64,000 nt of DNA from Chiloscyllium plagiosum (taxonomy: Eukaryota). Positions 1 through 12,065 of the stretch are shown piece by piece (the first letter of the stretch is position 1; each line of letters opens with the position of its first letter). Under the pieces are notes generated by a model that was given only the letters and a program-made list of their open reading frames with translations, did not search any database and was not told the DNA's origin. Position numbers and translations under genes: made by a program. The stretch spans positions 13,371,549 to 13,435,548 of the forward strand of contig NC_057718.1 of assembly GCF_004010195.1 (NCBI RefSeq). Direction: 5' to 3'.

Positions 1-149
1 ACACTTTGCATAAAAAAACGATGGGTTCACTATTATCTAAATGATAAAGAATTTTGGACCAGTGAAGGTCCAAGTAGGACTCCGTGAATGCAGATCACAG
101 AAATGTAGTAGTCAAGTACAAATCACAATCAAAAAGACTAAATAGACTT

Positions 150-690
150 ATATGATAGGTACCGAAACCCTGGTCAGTCATCATCTGAAGTATTGCATAC
201 TGTTTGCAGTAGGATATGCTGGCCTTGGAAAAAGTGCATTGCAGATGCACCAGAACGTTACCAGGCTCCTAAGATCATGAGAAGAAATATCTAAAATAGA
301 CTTGCTTTATCTGGAATGTAGAAGGTGAAACGGTGATTTAACTGAGAAGTTTCAGATTTTTTAAACAAATTAATAGGGTGGGTAGTGTGAAACATTTTCC
401 ACTGGTGAAGAGTCTAGGACAAAGGATACATGATACAAAAATAAATGTCAGGCATTCATTTATGAAAGACCTCTTCACGCAAAGAATGGTCAAAGTGTAG
501 AATATTCTTCCACAAAAAGAATAGATGATAGGTCAATTAATCATTTTAAATCTGAGATCACTAGCTTTTTGTTAGACAAAAGGATTTTTGGTTATGAAGC
601 TAAGTTAGCTGGATGGAGTTAAAGGAAAAAATCATAATTTCATTCAGTGGGAGACAGGTTTGAAGCGCTGAAAGACCACCTCCTGTTCCC
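150..690 (+). mobile_element. Old CR1-type LINE 3' fragment
   Basis: Degenerate RT C-terminal sequence and CR1-like 3' UTR resembling better-preserved copies in this window. Confidence 0.6.
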
Positions 691-2879
691 ATCACGGAAG
701 GACTGTAGGGTCTTCTGCATGGACTTTGACCAACTGCACAACTTTCTTCATCCATAAATATCCTGTAGATTGTGTAAATAACAGACACATCACATGGACA
801 ATTATGCCACTGACTGACTTTTCAACAATTCCATACATACAGGAAGAAGGAATCCAATCAGCTCCTTCAGCCTGTTTCAGTGTTTGTAGAAAAACATTCA
901 CACTACCATTCTACTAATCTCTTTCAAAATTCTGAAACTCTGCAGCTAAATCACCTTTTCACCTTCTACATTCCAGGTAATGCAAGTCTAGTTTAGATAT
1001 CTCTTCTAATAACCTTTGGAGCCCTGGTGATGTTTTTATGAATCTAAAATGTATTTTCCCAAGACCAACATATCCTGCCCTGAATGGTACATAATACTTC
1101 AGATGATGTCCAACCAGAAACATAGAAAATAAGCCGAGTAGGCCATTCAGCCCGTTGAACCTGTTCCACTATTCAATTGGAACATTTGCAACCCATGAAT
1201 GAATTAAAAAACACAGATACCTTGAGTGCTGTCTTTTAACATCCAATTGCTGTATTGCAATTTCCATTACGTAAAAGCTAGATCTAAAAGATGAATTTGA
1301 TTCTGTAACATTCTTTATACAGTGAAAACAATGGAGAGTTTAAAATAAATGCTTTTCAATTCACGGATCAGACAGCCATTTCTTAGAAATCCATTCTCAT
1401 ATCCTCAAAAGCAAAGGTATGAAAACTGATATTAAAACTCCAATGGTATAATATGTCAAATCTCAGCTCTTTCATGGAAAATAAGTCTCCTCAAAGATAA
1501 TCATTCAAAGAATCATGACTGGTTTATGGTGCTCCAAATGAGTTCATTTTCATTTTTATTGCCTGGGTCTCCAGAATTTTGAGAAGCATTTTGGAGGTTG
1601 TTTTCCATGATTCTGTCCATTTCTAAGTTAGAATATCAGTTTATGGTGACTAAATGAGTCATATTATGTTTTTATTGCTTGGATTCCTGGTTGGCTCATC
1701 AGTATTTTTGCAGCTTAAATTCTGCAATTCTCTCTGGCTTTCTGTGAAATCACGAAGCAGTGGCCTTGATCAAACTTACAGAATTACAATGCCTAACTCT
1801 GGAATTACATTTTGGGGAACTAATGGAATATCCTAAATAAAAAGCTGATAATATTAACATAGTTTTTTTTAATATTAAGGAAGAGCTTTCTTGAAAATTA
1901 AATTGCAGTTTTGGGATATATGTGAAAAGAAATATCTGATGATGAAAGGTCAACTTGAAATGTTACCCTCTGATTCTCTCTACAGATGTTGCCAGACCTG
2001 CTAAACGTTTTCCAGTTTTATTTGTTTCTATTTTTGCTTATAATATTGCTTGTGTTCTCTTAAAGAACTCTCTGATGAGCCAATATATTGAGTACACATT
2101 TCTAATGTGCATAAATCTGGAATTTTACCATCTGTTCTGAAACATTCTCAAGATAACTGAAATAATTCACAGTTAAGAATTGTTTTCAAAAGGATTCAGA
2201 GAGTCAGGTGCATTGAGGTGTTGCTGGGTCAGTCAGTCAGTACTTTAACAGTTAGAACATGGAGTATTGTCACATCAGATATATATATTCCTCAAAATTG
2301 TATTTTATTGTTATAGAAGTCTTTTTTCTTAGTTAAATTCTCTGCTAACATTCTTTTCTTTTTAGCATCCTGATTTGGAAAGCTCGCGTAAAAGAGTTCT
2401 GCATGTGCCTTGTGTTGAGAATTCAGCAATGAGTCTCGGTACAGCAACTTAACCCTTTCCTATCCCAATAATATACAAGCCTCCAAAATATTTTGGAGCC
2501 TCAATTACCAGCCTCATGCACTTCTAAACATTGTAATGACCCCACCACTGAGAGTTGTGTCTCCTCATGTCTTAAGTGCTGGAATTCCCTCTCTCAACTT
2601 CTCCCCTGCTCTTCCCTCCTGCAGGGTGGTCCTTAAAACCATTGTCCACATTTCTGATTATCTGCCCTAAGGTCTCCTTGATATCAAACTGTGTCTGCTA
2701 TCACCCTAATGAAGTGCTTGCACTCTTTTATTATGTTAAAGTCACGAAGTAAATATGCATGTTGCTGATTTGAAAAGGTTACCCAAGTGTTACAGCTAGT
2801 GTTTATACAAGTGTTCACTGGTATAACAGTTCACAATAGAGTAAACAATGTCTGATGCTTAATAGGAGTTTGTACAACA

Positions 2880-3260
2880 ATTATTGCAGCAGAGTGTACC
2901 ATCTACAAGATGCACTGCGGAAATTCACCAAGGATTCTCAGACAACACCTTCCAAACCCACAACCACTACTATCTAGAAGGACAAGGGCAACAAACACAT
3001 GGGAACACCACCACCTGCACGTTATCCTCCAAGCTCCTCACCATCCTGACTTATATCCTAAAATATTTCACCATTCCTTCCCTGTCACTGGGTCAAAATC
3101 CTGGAATTCCCTAACGGCATTGTGGGTCTACCTACAGCACATCGACTGCAGTGATTTAAGATGGCAGCTCACCACCACCTTCTCAAGGGCAAGTAGGAAT
3201 TGGAGATAATTACTCGTCCAGCCAATGATGCCCACATCCCCTGAGTGGATTTTTAAAAAT
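2880..3260 (+). mobile_element. CR1/L2-type LINE 3' end
   Basis: 'gggaacaccaccacctgca...gggtcaaaatcctggaattccct...gcagctcaccaccaccttctcaagggcaa' recurs at about 11270-11400, 36640-36900 (minus) and 43800-43890. Confidence 0.65.
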
Positions 3261-3455
3261 CTCATTCATCATCCTTTTTCAAGCATTGATTAATGACACC
3301 TCTTTTACTTTGTATGGTGTAAAAATTAAATCTTTCAAGCATAGCAATTATTTCAGTTCTCGATTGTGCCAACTCCATACAAATCTACTTTTCAAAATAA
3401 GTTTTGGAAGCAAAGTGCGAGCATCAGACAGCCAACGTTTGGATATAACACTCAC

Positions 3456-3616
3456 ATTGTATTTGTTCCAATCCTGGTAAAACACCGACAGGACAACGAA
3501 GGGCATGACTCCCAGTCCCACCAAACAATCACTGACAGCCAGGTTGACCAGAAATACCGAGGTCACTGAGTGGAAATGTTTAGTCACAACAATAATGGTG
3601 ATCACCAGAACGTTAC
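3456..3616 (-). CDS. Class A GPCR, coding exon 2 (end of TM1, ICL1, TM2, start of ECL1)
   Basis: Acceptor tttcag| (AG at 3618-3617). Reads (G)NVLVITIIVVTKHFHSVTSVFLVNLAVSDCLVGLGVMPFVVLSVFYQDWNKYN, containing the TM2 LAxxD motif and conserved Pro. Consensus donor GTGAGT from 3455, phase 0. Length 161 nt = 2 nt + 53 codons, matching the phase of exon 1. Confidence 0.93.
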
Positions 3617-3809
3617 CTGAAATGACATTTTTGAAAAATGCTAAAACCTAAAATTAAAATAATTCCATATTGTCAAGGCAGAAAGAGGGGTGGATAAGGA
3701 ACCACTCTGGGAGGGAATTATTGCATTCAAACCTAAACTGAACTGAAAAGGTCTAAGGAAGGTTGGTGTGAAAACTAGAAACCTGGGGATGGACTAAAGG
3801 GTTCTGAGG

Positions 3810-3950
3810 TGTCTGGGTGTGTCTGGGATTTTGACCTGTGTGGGTCTGGGACTTTAACCAGTGTGGGTCTGGGACTTTGACCAGTGTGGGTCTGGGACTT
3901 TGACCAGTGTGGGTCTGAGACTTTGACATGTGTGGGTCTGGGAATTTTGA
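3810..3950. repeat. ~23-bp minisatellite (ccagtgtgggtctgggactttga)n
   Basis: About 5-6 tandem, partly degenerate copies visible directly. Confidence 0.85.
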
Positions 3951-4299
3951 TGTGTTTAGGTTTGAGGGGAGTTTGCTCTGGAGTCCAGCCCTCATAAAAG
4001 AAATGGTGACTGCAGTCAAGACATTAGAGAGGGAAGGTTATAGAGTTGTGAATGTGGCAGAGGGTCAGGGATGTAGACCTACACAATGAGGAGATGGATT
4101 GCAGGAACCACACCTACCTAATCAGGGAGACAGTCTGGAAGTCCAGATCTATGCAATGGAGCACCTGGAGTTCTTGATCTCTGTAACAGGGAGAGAGGTC
4201 TGGGTGGTCTAAACCTGTATAATGGGACAGTGGGGTCTGGGTGGTTTAGACTTGTATAAAGGGGGAGGGGTCTGCGTGGTCTAGATCTGTATAATTAGG

Positions 4300-4690
4300 A
4301 GAAAGTGAAGACTGCAGATGCTGGAGATCAGAGTTAAGAGTGTGGCACTGGAAAAGCACAGCAGGTCAGGCAGCATTTGAGGAGCTGGAGAATCAACATT
4401 TTGGTCATAAGCCCTTCATCAGGAATTAGGCTTGTGAGCCAAGGGGTTAGTTCTGAAGCAGACTCGCCTCATCTTCCGCCTTGGGACCCTCCCACCACAC
4501 TGGATCAATGTGGACTTCACCAGTTTCCTCATTTCCCCTCCCCCACCTTATCCCAGATCCAATCTTCTAACTCGGCACCACCCTCATCACCTGTCCTACC
4601 TGTCCATCTTCCTTCCCACCTATTTGCTCCACCCTCCTCTCCAACCTATCACCATTACCCCCACCTTCATCCACCTATCACACTATAATT
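4300..4690. mobile_element. Penelope-like element fragment with an inverted terminal segment
   Basis: 4300-4450 is the PLE terminus with a decayed hammerhead on the minus strand. 4460-4690 is the GIY-YIG C-terminus on the plus strand (RLIFRLGTL...INVDFTSFLISPPP), homologous to 45700-45920 (minus). Confidence 0.75.
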
Positions 4691-5304
4691 GGTGAGAGGG
4701 ATCTTTGTGGTCTAGACCTAGGTGGTGGCTGGGGTCATAGTGGATGATGGGGTATGGGGGTTAGGAGCTGGGTGGTGGGGAGTGGGTGAGTGGTGGGTGA
4801 TGGTGTTTGGGGTGATGGCTGGTAAAGTGGGGGTTGGTGGAGTGGAAGGGGTGGGGTGAGGTTGGTGGCTGGGGTCACAGCTAGAACAGCCTTGATCCTC
4901 CCAGTTCCCCTGGGACTGAGCAGAGCTGGAGGATTGTCCAAATCCAGATCGTGAGCCGAGAATTGCCGCTACACTATCTGGACTGCAACCCTGTGAAAAG
5001 GAACGGTTTACAGAATGTACTCAATCATCAAACCCAATCTTTTCTCCCTCATTAAATGCTGCAATTATTATTTCCGTTCTGTTTTGCTGATTAAATCCCA
5101 ATGCTTGGTATATTTTGATCTACATGGTTTATATATAATTCCACACACATTAACATAGAGAAATAATTAGGGTAAATGTTTCTGTTTAAATATTTATGGA
5201 TCTCACTTTTCAAGTATTTGGTAGTTTTGAACGTTTCAGTTGACGATAAAGTGAAGACTTTAAGCAGGGAGGAGATGGTTGCTTGTCCTATTGATAGATA
5301 CATG

Positions 5305-5710
5305 TACAGAGAGAACACACAGAGAGCGAGAGAGAGTTAGAGAGAGACACGCACAGAGACAGGCACACAGAGTCAGAGACAGAGAGACACACAGAGTCAG
5401 AGAGAGAAGCACACACAGACAAAGAGTCAGAGAGACATACAGTCAGAGACACAGAGACGGAGAGACACACAGAGACATACAAAAACAGAGAGGCGCACAC
5501 ACAGACACAGAGAGAGACAGTCAGAGACATACACAAAAACAGACAAAAAGCGAGAGACACACACAGACTCAGAGACACTCAGAGACATGGAGAAAGAGAC
5601 AGACACACAGACAATTGACACAGAGACTCAGAGACAGATGCCTAGAGAGACATAGACATACACATAGACACCTGCACACACAGAATTAGACATATACACA
5701 GACACAGAAG
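5305..5710. repeat. (GA/CA)-rich low-complexity microsatellite in GPCR intron 1
   Basis: Interleaved gaga/caca runs; accounts for the spurious ORFs called here. Confidence 0.9.
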
Positions 5711-5733
5711 GGAGCAGTGACCCTGATACAAAC

Positions 5734-5905
5734 CTGCAATCGCCGCCAGGCACATCAGGACCATGATGGTTTCCAGGAGGATCTTGACCGGGACGGACGG
5801 CGATCCGGAGCCGGGAGGGGAGGCGCTGGGGGCCGGCCAGCGACTCTGGCCGGTGCCGGCAGCTCCGAGCGACAGGTTGCCGAGGAGAAGCGGCGGGGTC
5901 TCCAT
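5734..5905 (-). CDS. Class A (rhodopsin-like) GPCR, coding exon 1 (N-terminus and most of TM1)
   Basis: ATG at 5905 in strong context (AGCATGG). Reads METPPLLLGNLSLG...PVKILLETIMVLMCLAAIA-G, with an N-glycosylation sequon (NLS) and a hydrophobic helix. Phase-1 donor G|GTTTGT (GT at 5733-5732) joins exon 2 in frame to rebuild the TM1 GN motif. Lies in a CpG island. Confidence 0.9.
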
Positions 5906-5907
5906 GC

Positions 5908-5961
5908 TCAGGCGGCAGTGTCGCCCCTGGGGAGGTGGGCAGCGGCTGATGGTGAGCCCAT
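5908..5961 (-). other. Candidate upstream ORF (MGSPSAAAHLPRGDTAA*)
   Basis: ATG at 5961 in GCTATGG context; TGA ends at 5908, 2 nt before the main ATG. Only real if transcription starts upstream of 5961. Confidence 0.45.
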
Positions 5962-6832
5962 AGCCCCGGGGAGCCGGCTGCCCCAGCGCCGCCGATCAGC
6001 TGAGGACCCCCTCCTCTTCCCTCCCCGGGGGGAAGGGGGCCCCAACCCGGGCTAATGTCAGTCCCTGCACCCCACACCCCCGTCCCCCAACAGCAGTAGC
6101 CGGGGCTCGGTATGGCACTCCAATCCACCAGCCAGGAGAAATATAAAAGAAAATCCCCTGTCCGCGATGACCCCTTAAATTCTTCCCATCTCTTCTTTTT
6201 CCTCTCTCCCTCCAGAATTCTTCATTAAATAAAAACACGCTACAAAAATCCTTCAGGGAATCTCAAGCTCAGCTGCATGGGACAGTTCAGCTACTTGGTG
6301 TATCCGCTGCCTCCGTTCTCGATGGGGTCCTGGATGGATATAAAGTCACTGTGTATTTTCTTTCCTCTCTCTCTCTCTCTCTCAAAATCTTCTGCCTCCC
6401 CTCCTCATACACTCCACATTGCCCACAGCAGCAAGCAGTCAGCTCTGCACCTGACTCCGCCCCGCCCGATTACCCTCCTCCCACACCCCACACTGGCATC
6501 AAGGAGGTGTTGGTGGTGGGGGGGGGGGGGGGGGATAGACATACACCAAGAGTGAGCTGAGGTGGGGGCGGGACTAGCACAGACCACCACTTACCCATCA
6601 ATACTGCAACATCCTAGACACAGACTTGGCACATGTGTGTGTGAGAGAGAGAGTTAACATCTTAGGTGCTGCCTTTGATTTTAATCAGAGCTGCTGGATG
6701 TTAAAGATGAGGTGGTGGCGTCCCTATCTGTGAGCCAGGAGACCCTGGTTCAAGTCCCACCTGCTTTAGCGGTTTGCAATAATATCTCTGAATGAGCTGA
6801 TTAGAAAATAGCTAGATGGATAGTATATGAAT

Positions 6833-7130
6833 TGGGGCAGCACAGTGGCTCGCACTGCTGCCTCACAGTGTCAGGGTCCCAGGTTCGATTCCAGCCTCGG
6901 GCGACTGTCTGTGTGGAGTTTGCACATTCTCCCCGTGTCTGTGTGGGTTTCCTCTGGGTGCTCTGGTTTCCTCCCACAGTCCAAAGATATGCAGGTCAGG
7001 TGAATTGGCCATGCTAAATTGTCCATAGTTGTTAGGAGCATTAGTCAGAGCGGGGGTGGGTTACTCTTCAGAGGGTCATTTTGGATTTGTTGGGCTGAAG
7101 GGCCTGTTTCCACACTGTAGGGAATCTAAT
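6833..7130 (+). mobile_element. HE1/V-SINE-like tRNA-derived SINE
   Basis: tRNA-like head (B-box-like ggttcgattcc), core 'gtgtggagtttgcacattctccccgtgtctg', tail 'gggaatctaatc'. Confidence 0.85.
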
Positions 7131-7274
7131 CAGGAAGGGTTCAGGTGGATATGGGCCATGGATTACACCTGAAACATTGACTTCTCCATCTCCTGATGCT
7201 ACCTGGCTTGCTGTGTTCTTCCAGTCTCCTGTTTGTCCACCATAGGCCAAATGCTGGCAAATGGGACTAGATCT

Positions 7275-7445
7275 CCCACAGTCCAAAGATGTGCAGGTCA
7301 GGTGAATTGGCCATGCTAAATTGCCCGTAATGTTAGGTAAGGGGTAAATGTAGGGGTATGGGTGGGTTGCGCTTTGGCGGGACGGTGTGGACTTGTTGGG
7401 CCGAAGGGCCTGTTTCCACATTGTAAGTAATCTAATCTAATCTAA
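7275..7445 (+). mobile_element. 5'-truncated young V-SINE-like copy with (taatc)n tail
   Basis: Nearly identical to the 3' half of the copy at 22257-22578. Confidence 0.85.
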
Positions 7446-7489
7446 TTAATTTAGGAAATCTGGTTTGCATGGATGAGTTGGACCAAAGA

Positions 7490-7900
7490 ATCTGTGGGAC
7501 TTTTTTCACTGGAGCGTGGGAGGTTGACAGGTGTCCTTACAGTTTATAAAATCATAAGGGGTATAGATAGGGTTAATGGTATGTGTCTTTTCTCTAGGTT
7601 AAGGGATTTCAAGACTGGGGAAGGGACATATTTTGAGGTGAGAGAGAGAGATTTTAAAAAGACATGGGGCAATTTTTTACACAGAGGGTGGCGCACATGT
7701 GGAATGAACTTTCAGAGGAAGGAGTGAATGTGGGCTCAATTACGTATAAAAGGCATTTGGATAAATACATGAATAGGAAATATTTGGAGGGATGTGGGCC
7801 AGGAACTGGCAGGTGGGACTAGTTTAGTTTGGGATTATGTTCAGCATGGACCGGTTAGACCGAAGGGTCCATTTCCATGCTGTACATCTCTATAACTCTA
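7490..7900 (+). mobile_element. CR1 LINE 3' end
   Basis: GLFSLERGRL...VYKIIRGIDRV RT tail followed by a CR1 3' UTR. Confidence 0.8.
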
Positions 7901-8249
7901 CATAGGAGGCAAATATTTTCTCTGCAGCGAGCTCAAAACGGGAGGAGCAGAGAGCAGCACTCAGCACTCACAATGTGCTCAGTACCTTTAATATATTTTT
8001 AAAAAGGCCCGAGTCACAGTGTCTGATGTCATGTTTTATTGTGTTTCTCATTTTAGTAAATAATACATCCCTTTTTCACTCAGGAAATCTTGTAATTGGC
8101 TTCTTCATTTTGAATAAGCAAATTACATCTTAACGGTGCGAGGTATAGCTGTGCAATAAAAAAAATTGAAAATCTTTGTTGTGGTCAACTAAGCAAAGGT
8201 GAAAAGAGGGAAGCTGATTCACTCCTCTTCAGCTGGGGGTAATAAATAC

Positions 8250-8620
8250 TTTTTGAAGTGTAGTTTCTGTTGTAATGTGGAGATGCAGTGACCAATTTGT
8301 TTAGAACGACTTTCACATAGCAGCATGATAATGACCAGACAATTTGTTTTTAATAATGCTGGTTGAGGGTTAAATATTGGCCCAGATACTAAGAAGAATT
8401 CCCTAACCCTTTTTCAAATAGTACCTGTTATGGCTACCTAGTAGGGTAACTGAGGTTTCAAGGTTAATGCTTCATCAAAAGACATGCTTCCAACAGTGTG
8501 GCAGTCCCTCAGTATTACACTGAAATGACAGTCTTGATTTTTGTGGTTATGACTTTGAACTACCTCAAACCCACAATTTTCTGACTGAGAGGTGAGAATG
8601 CTATCAACTGAGTCAGGGCT
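8250..8620 (-). mobile_element. Deu-domain SINE (AmnSINE1/SacSINE1-like), old
   Basis: Reverse complement has a tRNA-like head followed by 'actgagggactgccacactgttggaagcatgtcttttgatgaagcattaacc', resembling the Deu core. Related pieces at 32540-33300, 57945-58060 and 61510-61640. Confidence 0.6.
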
Positions 8621-8884
8621 AATACCATAAAAGGGCATTATTTTCATTACAGAAGAGCGCTTGCCAGCTCTAATTTTTTCAGTCTATAAACATTCAAAGG
8701 ATTGTTGCATATCACACCGGAGATACAGTTTTCTCTTATTTTTAGATCATACTGAAATAACTTAACATTGAGGGAATGGAAGTGATAGGTGGCCATCTAA
8801 ATGGCCCCTTATCAAGGCATTAGCCACACCAGGCATGGAGACTTATTTGAGAGGAGCTCTTGTTTGAAACTCATAGCATAATAT

Positions 8885-9190
8885 AGAATCCTTACAGTGT
8901 AGAAGCAGGCCATTCAGCTCATTGAGTCCACACTGAACCCCTGAAGAACATCCCACCCAGATCCACCACCCCCCTACTCTAACCCTGTAACCCTACATTT
9001 CCCATGGCCAATCCATCTAGCCTGCACACTATAGGCAACTTAGCATGGCCAATCCATCTAACCTGCACATTCTTGGACTGTAGGAGGAAACCAGAGCACC
9101 CACAGGAAACCCACACTGATACGGAGAGAATATGCAAACTCCATGCAGTCGACCGAGGGTGGAATAGAGCCTGTGTCCCTGGCGCTGTGT
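8885..9190 (-). mobile_element. V-SINE-like SINE
   Basis: Reverse complement of the V-SINE core and tail. Confidence 0.8.
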
Positions 9191-12065
9191 GCTCTGATAA
9201 CATCAAAATTAATAATTGGGAAGTTGTCCTACTGCATTACAAAGCTCCTCACTGAAAACACAATCCTGTAATATTCACCCTACATCACCTTCAATACTCA
9301 GGAAGAGCTTGTTGAGAAAATTCCTGAAGGGTATGAAGTCTTTTAGAAATTGGACTAACCTAGTGTAGAGTGTTGTTTATCTTTAGATTTAGCCACTGAT
9401 CCCCTGATGAGAAAGTCTCTTCTACTTTGGTGATTATCTTCATTCAGAACCTTATCCATCTTGCCAGATGTCCAATCGGTAGGAGCAACTCATTTATATT
9501 GCCTGTTATTTCCTTCTCCTGTACTGTACGTAACAAACTCTGAGCAATCTTTTGTGTCATGCTCATTGAATCATTTTCAGATTGTAATGCCCACCATTTG
9601 TGTTAATTTCTTGTTGGCCTGGCCCTTGTTATTTTGCATTTTTCAAATAGCTGAACTTTATTTATTCAAAAAAAAACTTCCAGGACAGTTGTAGTTTCTA
9701 TTATATTTTGAGAATCTTTAAATAAGCCTCAGTAACAATTTCTCCAAGTCTTTGTGCACTCAGTTATCACAAGGAAATGTTTAACCTCACTGCAGTTGCT
9801 GAAGGTTGTAGTACTCTTTCAAATTTTTCTTATAATATGGAAAAGAATAAAAACACTTTGGATGGAGAGACATTGCAGGCTGCTTCAGGCATTATTTATC
9901 AACTCTGGAGAATGAAACAATGAAGTTACATGGTGCTATATTTAGTACTTACACATATTACAATTCCACAGCAACATTCACCTGATGAGTTTATTTTTAA
10001 AATTCTTTCATGGGATGTGGATTTTGCTGGCAAGGCTGGCATTGGTTGCACAGCCCTGATTGTCCTGAACTGAGTGGCTTGCTAAGCCACTTCAGGGAGT
10101 AGTTATGAGTCAATCGCATTGTTGTGGGTCTGGAGTCTCATGTAGGCCAGACCAAGTAAGGATAGCAGATTTCCTTCCCTGAAAGACATTAGTGAACCAG
10201 ACAATATATTTTTTAAAAATCAAGATTGACTATTGTCATTCCAGAAATATTAATTGAATTGAAGTTTTACCACTTGCCATGCTGAGACTTTGAACCCTTG
10301 TCCTTGGACGCTTAGCTTGGGCCAAAGTTTTACTAGTCCAGTGGCAATTATCACTCCATCACCCTAACCCCAAACACATCAGAGAAACAGAATGAATATC
10401 CGTAATGCCAAAATGGCCCCTGTGTTTGTGCAGATGCAGCCCATGATGTTGCTGGCTTTGACATAGGCTACAGGAACCCCTGCTGACATCACTAGACTGG
10501 GGTCAAGGGAGGTAGGGAAGCTCAGGGTGAGGGGGGGAGTGGAAGTGGAGTGTGAGGCTGATGTAGTGGAGTTTCCCCTTCCCAGCAGCGTCTGCGGGTA
10601 TGTCTCCTAAGCTGCCACTCCTTCGCCAACACCCTCCCTCCACCACCACTGCAACCACTTCACCATGAGCCTTGCCCAGCCACCAAACTGCCTAGGAATC
10701 AGAAGAATGACCAAGAATGAATTAGAACAGTTAAGAACATTTGTATGTAAGTATTCTGGAATCTGATTTTTTTATGCAGTTTTGAGGGGAAGGGAGAAAT
10801 GTGTAGTTTTTTTTTAATTAGCAGATTAACTACATTGAGTCTGGGTAGATTGTGTGTCATCTTGAGCTGCTTCATCAATGGTCTTCCCTCATAAGTTCAG
10901 AAGTGGAAATGTTCATTGAAGATTACACAATGTCCTTCAGATATTGAGTTAGACTGTGTCCAGATGCAACAAGACCTGCGCAACACTCAGTTTTAGGCTG
11001 ATTAATGACAAGTAACATTCACATCAAACATGTCCCAGCACCAACTAGCCATCACTCCTTGACATTCTACACCATTAGTAACCAAATCTCCCAACTAGCA
11101 ACTTACTGAAGGTTGGCTTTGATCAGATACTGCAGTGGACAAGTCATATAATTACAACTGCTGCAAGAGCAGATCAACAATAATTCACGCCCTGACTCCC
11201 CAAAACCTGTCAACCATCTATAAGGCAAATGTATGAGTATACTGGCAATTGGAAAAATGTCATCATTTCTTCATTGTCACTTGGTCAAAATCCTGGAATT
11301 CATGTACCACAGTGGTTCATGAAGACAGCTCACCACCATCTTCTGAAAGCCAATAAATGCTGGCTCAGCCAGAAAATCTCATTTACCTGAATGAATAACA
11401 ATTTATAAAGTAGGAATAGGCAAGCAATGCTCATTTACTATGAAGAAATTTTGAAAAGCTCAGTAGAGTCTCTTGTTGAGATTAACTAGTTGGATTAAAA
11501 TGGCATTTTTTCCTTGTGGTCCTGTGAAAATATATCTTGATGTTTAGTTTTCGCAATAAAATTAATTCTGTCAATGCCCTAGGCTTGGTTCGCAAACTGC
11601 ACTGAATTTACTGCTCGCAGCTTGGGTGACAGAAAGATGTTACAACAAAAGTAGCAGGTCTGGTAGAATCTGTAGAGAGAAACTGAGTTAATGTTTCAGG
11701 TTTGTGACCTGGTGTCAGATCTGGAAAAAGTTAGAAATGTGCATTTGAATCACTAGATGGCAGGGAATCCTTCATTTTGGATGCAAAACACAGGAAGCAC
11801 TCCTGTACAAAAGTAACCCAAAAAAAACCCAAAGAACTGCAGATGCTGGTAATCAGAAACAAATGCGGAAACTCAGCAGGCCTGGCAGTGTCTGTGGACA
11901 GAAAGCAGGGTCAACATTTGCTTTCTCTCCATAGATAATGTTCAGCCTACTGAGTTTCTTCAGTATTTTCTGCTTTTGGACATTAGCCCAATGCAGCAGC
12001 ATTGCAATTTTTGTAAAATAAAAGCCTTTCTAAGCAAAGCAATTACATAATCATGCTGTGAAGAC

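Larger units (their letters stand above)
5730..6600 (-). promoter_or_regulatory. CpG island and putative promoter/5' UTR of the GPCR
   Basis: High GC and CpG density (strongest 5730-6130) against a CpG-depleted background. GC boxes (CCGCCC near 6457-6467, GGGGCGGG near 6564), a CT tract and a G run. Transcription start not determinable. Confidence 0.7.

Noticed and set aside
1..3455. Third GPCR exon (TM3 DRY)
   Set aside because: No convincing minus-strand exon with TM3/DRY found; probably outside the window.
5279..5689. ORFs rich in R/E/T/H/Q or S/L/C/V
   Set aside because: Translations of a GA/CA microsatellite.
5628..6128. 166-aa minus-strand ORF overlapping GPCR exon 1
   Set aside because: Begins at GTG, not ATG; stop-poor GC-rich alternative frame with no recognisable domain.
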